This document shows positions 1 to 12,296 of a stretch of DNA of 64,000 nt, in pieces. The stretch comes from Ramazzottius varieornatus (lineage: Eukaryota; Animalia; Tardigrada). Position 1 is the stretch's first letter. Each line of letters opens with the position of its first letter. The notes beneath the pieces are model-generated. The model was not told the DNA's origin, searched no databases, and saw nothing but the letters and a program-made list of their open reading frames with translations. A program made the translations under genes and the position numbers. The stretch covers positions 1,637,620 through 1,701,619 of the forward strand of contig BDGG01000004.1 of assembly GCA_001949185.1 (NCBI GenBank), written 5' to 3'.

Positions 1-1382
1 CAAAGAAAAACTGTTTCCGTCTCAGGTAAGCGGAAAGAGGAAACATGGAATGTCCATCACCTAAGCAGAAAAGGGCAAGTCAGAAACGGAGTGGTGGCGA
101 ACCCAAATGTAGGCCAGGCGCAACCTACATGGCTGACGTCGATCAAATTCTTCTTCCATGTAATGATAGCAACACCCTACAAAGCAAAGACCCAGGTTTC
201 TTTCGTTTTGAACGAAGACTTCTGCAATGTCGTTTCCCAGCGAGCCGCACCTGCAGATGAACAGAGTTACGCACGAGCTTCGTTATGTGACTCGAACCAA
301 GCGCCAGAATACTGAACCAATCATGTACTAACGTATGTAATCCACACAACAGGTAGGTTTCCGGCTTTTCAAGGTAAGAATCCGAATTAAGATCGCGACG
401 AACTGTGCAGGGGAGAACGCAAAAGGTCCCTGGTGTTTCTTTAACCACATATTCCGGAGCAGTTAACCTCTTCTTCAGTACCGGCCACTGCTTGGAGATC
501 TTTCTGAATCTTGACATGGCCGATGAAACAGTCGACTCGTTGCTTTCTAGGCCAATCACGTTGATACTGTGCCTCAGCGTTAGCAAGGCACTGAGATATC
601 CTTTCCCACATCCAAAGTCGATCACCTGTGAAAAGTACGGCCTCTCTGAGAACCGGACATCAGAAGTTCTTCACCTCTTAGTAAGGTTTGTGCCAATTAA
701 CAAACCGACCTCACATTGTGCAAATCCCATTTCACACACAGTTCAGCAATCAGATCACACATCGACTGAACCTCAGCGAGCTTCTTCTTGGACATCATAA
801 GCATCGTATGCCCATTGTTTCCGGTTTTTAACTCGTTCAGAAACGAAGGCTGAATTCGATCAAGAGCCAGTTTCTCGGTTTCACGAATCTGCAGGAAACA
901 CCTTCTCGCGAGGTTCTCGAAGTGGTTGGCTGGTTCTGCAAAACGCAAATACAGCGAACGTGCATAACGCCATGTATAAATTGTTAACCATTCTGTTCCA
1001 CTGTTAATTCTTCACGAACAAGTATACATAGGCGAAGAAGGTCAAACCTCGTATTTCTGAGTCGGTAAGGGTACTGGAATGCAACATCTCGCAGTAAGCA
1101 AACAGGTCGTCATAGACGTGCTCGGGGTCCACAGCTTGTCTGGCGTCGGTGACCATCGTCTCGGGAAAACAGTCCAGCCATAAATTGTCCAGGTAGAATG
1201 TAGCCATCCTTGCGTCCGTCAATTTGTGTAAAGGCTGCAGAAAGTCAGTCATCTGTTGCAACCTATGTCAAAACAGGAACCCGGAATTTGAAGTCGTGGT
1301 CGACTGGTCGTATGACAGATGGAACGAGCCGCCAATCCAGCTCGTCGCACAAGACTGCTTACCTGATGAAAAATGACGACAT
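1..1382 (-). CDS. METTL25: Methyltransferase-like protein 25 (METTL25/RRNAD1 family), multi-exon, 3' end outside the window
   Basis: Spliced reading MSSFFIR|LQQMTDFL...SKKKLAEVQSMCDLI...IDFGCGKGYLSALL (SAM motif)...LCGLHT|CGSL...VGCCYH; GT-AG introns keep the frame. Confidence 0.85.
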
Positions 1383-2383
1383 TATGAAACCTTGGGGGCT
1401 CGATCCTTCCCATTCGCAGCCGGCCTTCCCAATGTCCTGGCAGCAGTCGAACCCGGGATCAGAGCTGGAACCGCAGAAATCAAATCGGAGGTCCGAAACT
1501 TCGGAGATTCAAACAAGATTAGTGATGAGCTGCTGAATATGGCCCAGAGTATAAAACCGCGTAGCGTTGCGGAATCATACGGCTGCAGTGCGGTACGGCC
1601 GTATGTAACCGCAAGGAAAATTGGGAGAAAAATGCAGTGCAGTACGCGCCGCAAAATCATGGGACAGTATACGTCTGCACCGCATCGCCCAGTAGCGCAT
1701 GCGCCGTAGCATGAAGTTTGTGACTGATTGCCTGTTTTGTCGGGTGTTTCTCTCTCGGAATTCACCGAACAAGCTGAGGTCGGTCATATAACGTGTGTTT
1801 TCGTGTGCTTTAAGCCAGAGACGGAATTCTCTTTTGATTTTTAGCATCCTAGGCTTCAAGCACTCCCTCAGAAACGCTGTTTTGATGACTGTGGTGAAAT
1901 TTTCACCGATATTTTTTGGCGATGTATCATCTTTCTCGGTCGATAAAGCTTGATGGTTTGCTGTTTCAAACTCCTAAGATATCTCAATTTAGAGAAGAGA
2001 TTGCCGTTATAACAAAATTTTCGTTGCCGTATGCCGACCTTGCAGCATATGGAACAGCGTTTGCAGCATGGTACCGCAATAAAAACTCACGGTAATAACC
2101 GCGTGCCGTACGTGCGGCAGGTTTCTGCGAGCCCGCAGTACGGTTCCGCAAGCAAAATCCTACGCGGTTTTTGCGAGAGCTCCGCCCAAAAGGCTGGCCT
2201 TCCAGCGGAGCTTTAGAATGAACCACAGACCGCTTGAGTCATTGTAGAAAGCTGTCCATGCATTCTAAAGCCCTTAGATTGGGGAAACTATGGCAAGCCT
2301 GAGCCTATGGCGGAAAGATCACAGGATGGGAATCAAGGTTCATTCACATCTGACGTAGTATAAAGCGTCTTCCAGTCAAATAA

Positions 2384-2550
2384 TCAACTCCAGTATACCC
2401 AAGGGGGATACTGGAGTTGAACCAACGGCCGACCCCTAGTGCTCAACTAGAACGACCAATGGTCAACCACTAGTGGTCAAGACAGCAAGACCAACGGCCA
2501 GCTACTAGGGGTCAATCTACCAAGATCAATGGTCAACCACTAGCGGTCAA
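2384..2550. repeat. 13-bp-stem hairpin followed by four ~35-bp tandem units with palindromic cores
   Basis: TCAACTCCAGTAT...ATACTGGAGTTGA (2384-2420); units start at 2421, 2455, 2490, 2525, consensus ACCAAYGGYCRACCACTAGYGGTCAA plus 8-9 variable nt. Confidence 0.75.
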
Positions 2551-3144
2551 CCAACCTACCCTCCTACCCTGGCGATTGTACCATTGTACGGTCCTCTACC
2601 TTCTTACCTAGTTACCCAGCCGCGTGGCTGCCGATCGTACAGCAGGCAGCACGAGTTACGTCATACCGTGTCGGTCGTAACATTGTCCGACCCGACCGGC
2701 AGGGTCCTGAGAGTAATCAGTTCTTTGATAATCAACTACCTGTTATCGCCAGTTGATTCGTACGAATTTGATTAATCAGACACGAAGTCATGATTCAGCA
2801 AAAACTAAGAGAATTAGAAAAACCAGAAAAAAAATCGGGGAATCATCCTGAGAAAAGGATCGTGCTGTCTGGAGCTCGAGCTTCCTCTGATGAATACCGC
2901 CGGGAAGTTGTAATGTAAATGCAAAATGTAATTATACGTTTACAGCTATCCTCTTCATTAATATGACTACAGGAACTATAACAAACCGAACCCATATGGG
3001 GTAACTGAGAGCAGGTACTGGGCCGAGCTGGGCAGAATACTCCGCCACACTCATTTCGTGTCGTACCTCCCAAAACAACCACACCATAGACGCAAAACCT
3101 CGCCATATGTGCTAACCACTCCGCCTTCTGCTGTATATCTTGCT

Positions 3145-4028
3145 TTACATAAATATTATAACAATCCGAAAACTGTGTGACTTGTACTTGGTGCCCAAAA
3201 ATGACAAGAGGAACTCGTTGAGCTTTTGGCGGGTTAGTGACGCTGCGTTTTCGAGCACGAACACTAAACCTTGTGACAACTTGCTCACTTTAAGGCAGTT
3301 ACGGTACGCGCGTACTGTACAACAGGAACGTCCCGTTGCAGGTACTTCAATCATCACTTCGCCCAGTTGTGAACTGTTTGTTGACTTTATACGAACTCCG
3401 AAGAAATCTTTCGTATACTCGATGTTTCCAATGGTAAGTTTACACGCACCGTTCACATGAGTAAACTCCGAAACTCTCCTGAACCCGAAGAAGGCTGAAG
3501 TACATGCTGACCATAACATGTGCTTGTCGGGAAAACTCAAACATGAGTCGCGTAGCAGGTCTTTCAGTTTCCTTAGTACGTCAAGTGTGATGGGTTCTCT
3601 GCTGCTGCGTTGAATGACTACAGATCGATCATTCTGAGTCTCACATCATCAGTTGAGGGTTTTCCGTATCCCTCTATCAAATGTTGTGATCGTACCGAGG
3701 AGATTTATACTTTTGCAGCTACCAGACTTAGCCCTTTGAAGTACAGATTAGTAGCAAATCGCTGGATGGTTTCTTTAGTTGAACGAATGAAACCTTCGGA
3801 GTATTTCAAGCAGAAAGACAAGTAGTGTCGTGGTCCAACATTGTATACTCTTCGGGTGGAAGCTGCAAGGTGTCCATCTGCGAGCCATCGCGAAACACTG
3901 TCGAGTCCTCCGACCGCGGAACATGATCTGACTGCAGTGCTCGTTTCAGAAAATCGAGACCGCAATCGACTTTCACTGGCTCTTCTAGGGCTGTCGGGTG
4001 TAATGAACGGAACTGTTTCCAATTGCAT
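3145..4028 (-). pseudogene. Tyrosine recombinase of the YR retroelement, broken and C-terminally truncated
   Basis: R motif (FFGFRRVSEFT) and HSFR present; no GRW..Y segment follows. Confidence 0.8.
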
Positions 4029-5603
4029 CTAGAGACGGAATCCGCAATTGAGTTACCAAAACCGGCTATATATGTGATGCTTAAGTTGAAATTATTCATA
4101 GCTTCTATGAAATGCATCTGACGTATCAGCTCCATGATGCCATTATGCGGGGTTGACAGTTTCCGCTACGCCGAGACCACAGCCATGTTGTTCGAATGGA
4201 ACAATAGCCTTTTACTTTGCCAGTTTACCCCCCAAACAACACAAGCTATATAAACTGGCAAAATTTCGAATAAGACAATGGGAGATTGGGTCTCACTAAG
4301 CCACGCAGGCCACGGCAAGAAAAACCACTCGTTTCCAAACACCGCACCACATCCAATAGATCCAGCTGCATCTGTAAACAAATGCATCAACGTTGCTGAC
4401 GTTTCATCAAGTTGAAGAACACTGCCTGTACCATTCCACCCTGGTAAGAACCTCTGCCACCATTCTATGTCTAGCTTGAAATCTTTCGTCAACTTGACTT
4501 TGTCGTGACCGTCGCGAGCTCGATTTACAAGTGCGATGAAACGACGAAGGAACATTCGAACAGCTGGGAAACATTTAGTGGCGAAGCTGAGTTTGCCAAT
4601 CGAACTCTGGAGCTCGTTCTTCGTTGCACTAGGTTTCCGATGGAAAACGGTCAGCTCATCCATTAACTCTTTCGCTTTCTGGAACAGCTATCGTTTGTTT
4701 GACGGTGTCGAGTTCTATGCCGAGAAACGTTAGCTTCGTGTTAGGACTGACAGTGTTTTCTTCGGCCATTGTTACCCATAGATAGTTGCAGAAATGACGA
4801 AAGAGATTGAGAACTCGCTGACGCTCAGGATCGTCAGGTGGACCAGCCCACCAAAAATCATCAATATAATATAGAATATGTCTGACGTGACCATAATGTC
4901 TGGCGAACCCCTAAAGCAGCTTGGTCATTTCGTCAAACAATGCTGGTGAAAAACGTCCCCCAAAAGGTAGAACCACGTCGAAATAATACTTCCCGTCCAT
5001 CTCAAAACAGAGGTAATGCCAGTGATCCATGTGAACCGGGATGAGTACTGTTGCCATCAGGGCACCCGGGCCATATCCGCTCAGAACCCGAATAGCGTCG
5101 TCCACCCCAATAAAAGTGAGACTATTGTCGGACCGATTCACGAAGTCATTGACGGATTGCTTCTCGGGACGTGATAGGTCCATTATCAAGCGCGAACCAC
5201 CATTCTACTTCGCTCGCACTCCAATAGAAGAAACGACACTATTCGCGAACGGCGGCTCATCAAAAGGTCCTACTGTATGCTTGACGGCAGCCTCCTTGGC
5301 GACATATTTCATGAGTATGTGAATGCAATCGAATGCTGTTCGAGCGTTTGGCGTTTTGCGAGGAAACTCAGGACCGCTATAACCAATGTGAAATCCATCT
5401 GTCAACCCATCCACAAAGTGTGTAACGGAATCCTGATCGGGGTATTCTTTTAACACTAACGCAAAGCGTTCGGGTATCAAAGAGATGAAGGCTTTACCCA
5501 GTACCATTATCGGGACAGGTATCACGTCGGTGGCCCTTCTGCATACATCTATCGCAAATTCGAATTTGACGTTGTAAACAAAGTTCGCTGCAACTACCAT
5601 CAT
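3980..5603 (-). pseudogene. Reverse transcriptase / RNase H of the YR retroelement
   Basis: ORF fragments 5205-5603, 4911-5189, 4166-4663 and 3806-4135 carry RT and RNase H motifs in different frames. Confidence 0.85.
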
Positions 5604-7980
5604 GCCAACGAATGCATGGCATATCTGTTCGTAAACGAGCTCTATATTTACTCCTAACCAAACCTGTACTCGTGCTGCCCAACTGTTTGGGCTCGGGGTC
5701 CTTTGTTACAGAAGCGTTACCAGCTCTATGGCCGGTATCACTCGGGAGGCGCGCAGTACCTCGATGCTGCGAACCACGATCACTTTCCGTGTGTATCAAT
5801 GGCGAGGCCATTGATAATCCCGATGTAGGTTAACAACTTGGGGTACAAGTCGGGATGGTATTATCCGCGATAGGAAGCAAAAATGACGAAGGCCTCCAAC
5901 CAGGTAGTGGAACTGTCGATCATTTGTTTCCGAGCCTTACCCGCGTACTTCAGAAGAGCGCCAGCAATATTGCTGAGAACACAATCAACGTCAGAGGACA
6001 TGTCCAGTCATAGTTCTGCGGATCAACTCAAGATTGACAAACTTATGCGGTCCCGCATAAGTTTGTCGATGGCGTCAGAAATTGGCTCAAAATTGAAAGA
6101 ACGACCCGGTGCAGCGAGCTTTGAGATAACAGCGATAACCGTAGGTGAATTTGAGATAGTAATCGTCTCCACCGGCTGACGTACGGACCTTGCAACTGAT
6201 AAGGGAGCCCCATCATCGGAAACAGTAGCTGTAGTCTCGGCTGGCGCCCCTGTTTGTTCATCGGCACCGCGGGACGCTCTCACCTGACAAGTGAGGGCAG
6301 TAAGCGCAGTAAGACTTGGTCGAACTCATCTTCCAGAGAGTTCTTCGTATTGGATCCATCAGCGACTTGAGTCTGTTCGCGCTGTCCAGAGAATGAACGA
6401 TGCGCGGCCTTTCGCTTCACGCCAGCCTTGCCGGCGGAGTGGCCCGCGAAGCTGGAGTCAGATTACTCATGGTCGTCACAAGAACAGAACCTGAATACAG
6501 GAACACAGCGTAAGAACGCACACAGCCCAAAAGAAGAACAGACCAAAAAAGCGAAAACCGATCTTCCGCTCAACACGCACACAGCAATGAGACGTTCTTT
6601 TTTTCTCTTCACCATACTTGTTTGTACACATGACAACCGTGCTTGAGACTGCTTGGCCACTGTACCCTTTTCTCGCTTCCTCTCAGAGTCCGCCAGTTAC
6701 GTCAGCCTAAGAACTACTCGAAACGCTGATTACGAGAAGCTGTAAATGTAGATTTTACACCTAACGGCGCGAATCTATATATTACAAGCCGAAAATCTGT
6801 GGTATGTCCGAGCGTTTTGCCGCGAAAAATCTAAACCCGGCTGATTTACGTGGGATAATTGTGAAAAACCTCGTCAATATGGCCATTTTTTAAGCTTATG
6901 TCTACTGCAACCCGTATTTTTTGTCTATTTTTGGAAAATGATTGCACAGAACTGTTTTGTGCAAATGCAGTAGTTGTTGGTCCGACATTTTACTCGCACC
7001 ATATCACTTTTATACGTTATAAACTACTCGGTTTGTAAAATGTAAACTGGTGTAAAATGTAATTACAATTTTATAATTACACCATTTTACATTACAATTT
7101 ACATTACACGGACCATCTGCGTGTAATGCTCATCACTAGCTGCTGGAGCGTGAAACACGGGCTCAAGCGCTTGATTAATTGTGTTCCGCTGGGAAGTGGG
7201 CAGGGCGACATGGCCCTGTGCGTCATATCTAATGTCACACGGTATGTAATGAAATGTCATGCATTTATAGCGAAACTCAAAACAAGTTTTTCGGTTAATC
7301 AAGGCACGAGAACAACGGAAAAACACTGATTGACTCAATTTTCGCATAGACCACAGTCACCACACGATCAACGCAGTAAAAAGCAGCATCCGATGCCTTG
7401 AACCGAGCTGCTCCACAGTGGTAGTCTGCGCCGCGTACGCAGCACTGACGTGTATGGTGGAGTTCGTGACAACGTAACATACAGCATTTCACGCTTTGAG
7501 CGTTCTGGCAAGCCATGTCAAAGTGAAGGCCATATTTAGCAGCTCGTCACTGAACAAGATTCTAACTTCGGAAAAATTTTAGGTATTGCGCAACATTCAA
7601 AAAGTGACGTCAAATGATCAACTGCTAATAAATTTGCTGATTGACTCCCAGGATAGCTAAGATCAATGGATCAATCAAGCGGGAAATATGAGTCACGCAC
7701 TTGAACGGCATTGCAGTAGGCGTTTCCCGGTGTCAATTTTCGCAATTAGAGCTGTGAAACGTGGAGCGCTGTACCTGTAGCTGGTGCCTGGTTTGTACGA
7801 TCTACGGATCTTCTAATTCGGGTTCCGGTCTCAGATCATCTTCCTCCATCAAAATTTTGACGCTCAATCCTCTTTTGCCGCTATGTCGGGACGTCAGACG
7901 AGTTTAAGATCGGGCGTTGTGCTCCTGTGACGGATTGCGAATCAGGTGTGCGGTGTCCAATAAACTCCAGCTGCTGCAGG

Positions 7981-10233
7981 ATGGCTACTTCCGTCCATGG
8001 CTTCCAAGACATATCTGCCGAAAATTCCGAAGTCACGGAGGTTGAAAGTCTCTGTTTAGCCTGCGAGCGAAATGTAAGTGCAAACTTGTACATCACTGCC
8101 GAGTGAAACCAGTCGTAAACGAAGACCGATTGAGCTAGTATGACTCCCATATCTCTATAGGGGACGACAAGGCTTCTTATGGTCAAGATACCCTTCTACA
8201 AGGAAATATTCGTTTCTTCGTTCTCATGCCCGCACTGTGGATACAACAATTGCTCATCCATGGCTGGACAGGAGATACAGGAAGAAGCGTCGGAAATTAC
8301 GCTGCTGGTCAAGACACCCCGGGTATATAGAGTTAACTGTTACAGTTAGCCTATGAAGTCCAGAACAGTGAGCACTGATGCGACATTCTGCACGGGTTCC
8401 ACGGAGTCGAAATAGAAGATGTGCTTTGACAAATGCTACCCCTGGTGTGTTTTGTCTATTTGCCTCTAGCAATTTCTCTGTTTAGGATATGAACCGAACA
8501 GTTGTAATGTCCGATTATGCGGCGCTCAAGATACCCGAACTGGACTTCGAAGCTCCTTACCGCCGGCAAAGCTTTGGAGTGACGACGGTCGAAGGTGTGA
8601 TAACCAAAGTCAAAGAAATGATCGAGAAGTTTATGGTATATATAGCTTCAGAGTCTACTGTACGTTTCTCTTGTAAGAAAAATGAGAATGACTAACCGAC
8701 TACGGCTTTCCACTAGGAAGCTCGAGGGAGTACCGAAGAGGGTATCCGGGAACTCGGGCAGTTCGTTCCGAAGTTAGATGCTTGTTTACGCATGCAAAGC
8801 CCCTTTCATTTAGTGAGTTAAACCTTCTGCTTATTCTTCGTATCGCCAAGTGCATCAGAGTGAAGCTGGAGTTCTTTCCAGGTAATCGACGATCCTTCCG
8901 GCAACAGCTTTGTTGAAAACCCTCACGCACCTAATCCGGACCCCGGACTTACCATACGGACCTACGCACGAAACCAAGAGCTTGATGAGTTGGTTGGGAT
9001 CATGGTATGACGCCTTCGCGATCACTCACATGCTCATATTGTTGCTGTTCTCAATTTGGTACGGTTCCGTGGCCGTCTGTGTCAGAGCCCCAGTTTTGTT
9101 GTTTAGCCAAGTACCACAGACTCTAGCGAGGGACCACGAGAAAAAACCGACCCCGTTGACGAGGTAAAATGCACCACTGGTTGATCGTTTCGCGTGACCC
9201 ACGCGCTAACGACAGGTTGCTGTTTCACAGGTGATGGTCTTCCCAACCACATGCTACAACTGCAAGGCGGAATGTGTCACCAACATGAAAACCGTTGGTG
9301 AGATATCTCATCGAATTTTCGATTTTTAAATGCTCTGGACGTTACCAAGTCTCGTGGTTAAGTAAACCATAAATCTTCTAGACGTTCCTCATTTCAAAGA
9401 AATACTTATCATGTCGTCTCAATGCGACAAGTGCGGATGGAGAAACAACGAGGCAAAGCCATCTGGTGGCATCGAGGAAGAAGGATGCATCATTGATCTT
9501 CTGGTAGCTGGTACCGAGGACCTGGACCGACATGTCATCAAAGTGATTCAACCATTTCAGCTCGTTCCATGGGATATGGAATCGCTTCTGCCCGTTTATT
9601 CACAATTTTTGGTTTTGTTACTGCGGATAATTTGAATGAATTGTTCTCGACTATAGTCGTCAACATGTGCCCTGCGGATACCGGAACTGGATTTCGAGAT
9701 GCTAGCCAGTGACCATTCCAGCCGTTATAGTAACGTGGAAGGCCTTCTCAGCAACATCAAAGACGAGGTTTGTCTTTATTACGTACAATCATTCCGCGAC
9801 TTTCACTCTTGAAAATTCTGTTATAGTTGGTGGATAAGAATCCGTTTATTCATGGAGATAGCGCCAGCACTGCAACAACAGACAAATTGGCAGAATTCGG
9901 AACTGTTTTACAAGAGGTAGGTTCCGCTTCCGCTGTGCCCTGCGTTCGCTTCAGCCAGTTCATTTTCGATTAGGTCATTGAGGGGAAACGACAAATACAT
10001 TTCATCCTCGACGACCCAGCGGGGAACAGCTTTATCGAAGTAAGTTTGTCACGGTCTTCAAAATCGACAGTAGCCAGAAAAGCTCCACTTCTTTCCTATT
10101 CTAGACACTTCTGTCCAATGATAAAGACGAAAGACTTAGCATAAAAAGGTACAAGAGAAATGCTGAACAAGATATAGAACTTGGTATAGCGGAGATGAAC
10201 ACTGAAAACTATGATGAAAACACTGAAAAATAA
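7981..10233 (+). CDS. ZPR1: Zinc finger protein ZPR1, multi-exon
   Basis: [53 protein letters not shown], second finger PTTCYNC...[41 protein letters not shown]. Confidence 0.93.
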
Positions 10234-10359
10234 TTTCTGGCTTTTTTGTGGTCCATTTTCTGCCCTGGTGAATCAAACTTACACATCTTCATCGTTGTAA
10301 AGCGACTGCATGGTTATATCCGACGAGCTCTCTGAGCTCGAGTAGTCGATTTTTCGCCG

Positions 10360-11180
10360 TTATTTCGACCAGCAGTACGCCACAAAAGCAATGACAGTTG
10401 TCGTCACGAAGGTGAAGCAAATGGCGAACCCGAACATAGCTGTGACCAGCATGTTGTCGTTATGGTCCTCTTGATTCCAGTTAGATATCCCAGGCCACGG
10501 ACTATGTAGGACGAATGCGATGAACCAGAACCATATTCCCTGTAAGAATGTTAGGGAACACCGAACGGTCGGCACCAGGATGCTGGACCGGAACTTGATC
10601 TCAACTGCAGCGAACACTGCGCAACCATAGACGACGTAGTAGAGGAAGGTGTGGAGATGAACGTCCATCATTGGTCGACCGTGGAGATGGAACTGGAATA
10701 GGATACCTTCAACAAAGAAGGCCATGGCTAAGGAAACGTATTCCAGTCTTAGCGGAGTAGCCACAGCGGATCGGTAGAAGACAAATATTTCAGAGAGTCC
10801 GTGAACACAGAACGCGGTATACATGGCAATATGTTGGGTGTTTCCAATGGCCTGAAATTTTCCATCTCTCATCGCGGTAACTGTTTCGCCTACAAAAACT
10901 CGATTGCTGGTTAACTCAGCGCTTAAGAGGCAACCAGAAAAAGTATTATGATACCTGCAATGCCGACCGCTGTAAGGAGCACTTTGAGGACGGGGATCAA
11001 AGGGAATCTTCGGAAGCCGGATGGACCAAAGCTTGTGAACGAGATGAAACCGGTTCGCTTCCGGCTTCCGATAGTAGACCTTGATGTCCGCTCGAATCGC
11101 AGAAACATGAACAGCAAGTCCCATAATGCCCATAAGGCAAACAGGGCCCCTGGAAGAACATGTCCCATGAAAGTTCCCAT
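10360..11180 (-). CDS. TMEM45: Transmembrane protein 45 family (DUF716), two exons
   Basis: MGTFMGHVLPG, NTQHIAMY, VEGILFQFHLHGRPMMDVHLHTFL, LQGIWFWFIAFVL; a GT-AG intron at about 10891-10954 joins the two ORFs. Confidence 0.9.
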
Positions 11181-12296
11181 GGTCGCGGACAACTTGTCGA
11201 CAGCGGTTCCTCTGATGTTAACAGGGACGAGAAACATACTAAGTAACCTCAACAGCCTTTTTCAAAAACTTTGATTACAATTGCCGTTTCATTTACCAGC
11301 TCGAGTGAAGCGGTTTGGTATTGTTTGAGCGGCTTAAGCCGGAAGGCATATTAGACCGTGAATTCCTTTTTTCGCGTGCTTTAGCGTCGTAATTTGCGAT
11401 GAGCTTACATAATTTCTGATCTCCAAGCCAGGCAGGTACTCGTCGAGATATTGTAGCCCTGCTTCGACTCTCTTGGAGTTACCTGACAGGTGCTTCTAAT
11501 CCGCTTTGATTAGCCGTGAACACAGAGCGACTCTTCTTCCTGGACTTCTGGAAAGCCTGGTTCGTGAGCGCCGGGTTCCTTGCTTTCCGTGCCTCGCCAA
11601 AGTGGACTTTTCCCAGGCTTTCACCATTTACCAAGGTTTTCAAAATACAGGTGATTCATAAGCGAGGTATTAGAGCTCAATAAAGACAACAATGAGCAGG
11701 TAACTTACCATCGAAAAGCAAACAACCTCAGGCTGGTGGAAACGCTGACAGTTTGTAGGAGTAACAGCCTGATAATCTGCTTGATACCCGTCATGCGTTG
11801 ATTTGGCTACCACTTGATTTCTAGGCCTGTAAGAACCGTCTCCGTATTCCGTAACTCTGGAGTTCCGAATTCAGACCTTTTTTCCAGCTTCTGCGAAAGG
11901 AACAAATACTATATTGCCTCGTGCAGAGGACCTCTGGCTCCTCTGAACTTCGAAGATGCGTATTCGTAACGCTAGTTATGGTCGGAGAGTCAGAGACTCT
12001 AAGGGTCGGAGAAAAATGTGAAGAATTTCAAACAGGAATGCGCGAATGGTCGTTTCATTAATAAATCCGGTCATGCTTGAACGGCCAAGAGCCTTGCTAC
12101 GACGCACACAAAAGCCCAAGACGGAAGCAGCGCATTCCAAAGCCTTTCGCACCCAGTGGAGAGCGGATCTCTTGAAGTCTGAACGCTGGTGGTGAATGTT
12201 CCCATCGTCAGGATACGGACATGGTATTCCGCTGCATAATTTTGTTCCTATCTACTGTTTCATAAACCAGCATGACATTAGAAGCCCAAGTTCAAA

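Larger units (their letters stand above)
2950..6700 (-). mobile_element. Degenerate tyrosine-recombinase retrotransposon (DIRS order, Ngaro-like); boundaries approximate
   Basis: Order gag-like (TWLEAFVIFASY...LLTYIGII, Cys knuckle), RT (IMDLSRP..SVND, LPFGGRFSPALF, YIDDF near 4860), RNase H (LFTDAAGSIGCGAVFGNEWF, NSIADSVSR), YR (LAASTRRVY, AFFGFRRVSEFT, SHSFRI); many frameshifts and stops. Confidence 0.9.
1520..7552. mobile_element. TIR DNA transposon, non-autonomous or composite, same TIR family as 29586-35542
   Basis: TIRs TAGTGATGAGCTGCTGAATATGGCC (1520-1544) and its inverse at 7528-7552 match 22/25; perfect 8-bp TSD AACAAGAT at 1512-1519 and 7553-7560. Confidence 0.85.

Noticed and set aside
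1382-1859. ORFs of 94-127 aa spanning the element's left end
   Set aside because: They cross or lie within TIR and subterminal repeats and show no recognisable motif
2421-2550. CRISPR-like array of palindromic repeats
   Set aside because: Spacers are only 8-9 nt, repeats vary, there are no cas genes and the context is eukaryotic
7128-7138. GCTCATCACTA as the partner TIR of 1520
   Set aside because: Only 11 bp and no TSD; 7528-7552 gives a 25-bp match with a perfect TSD
10360-11252. Apparent frameshift in TMEM45
   Set aside because: Explained by a ~64-nt GT-AG intron
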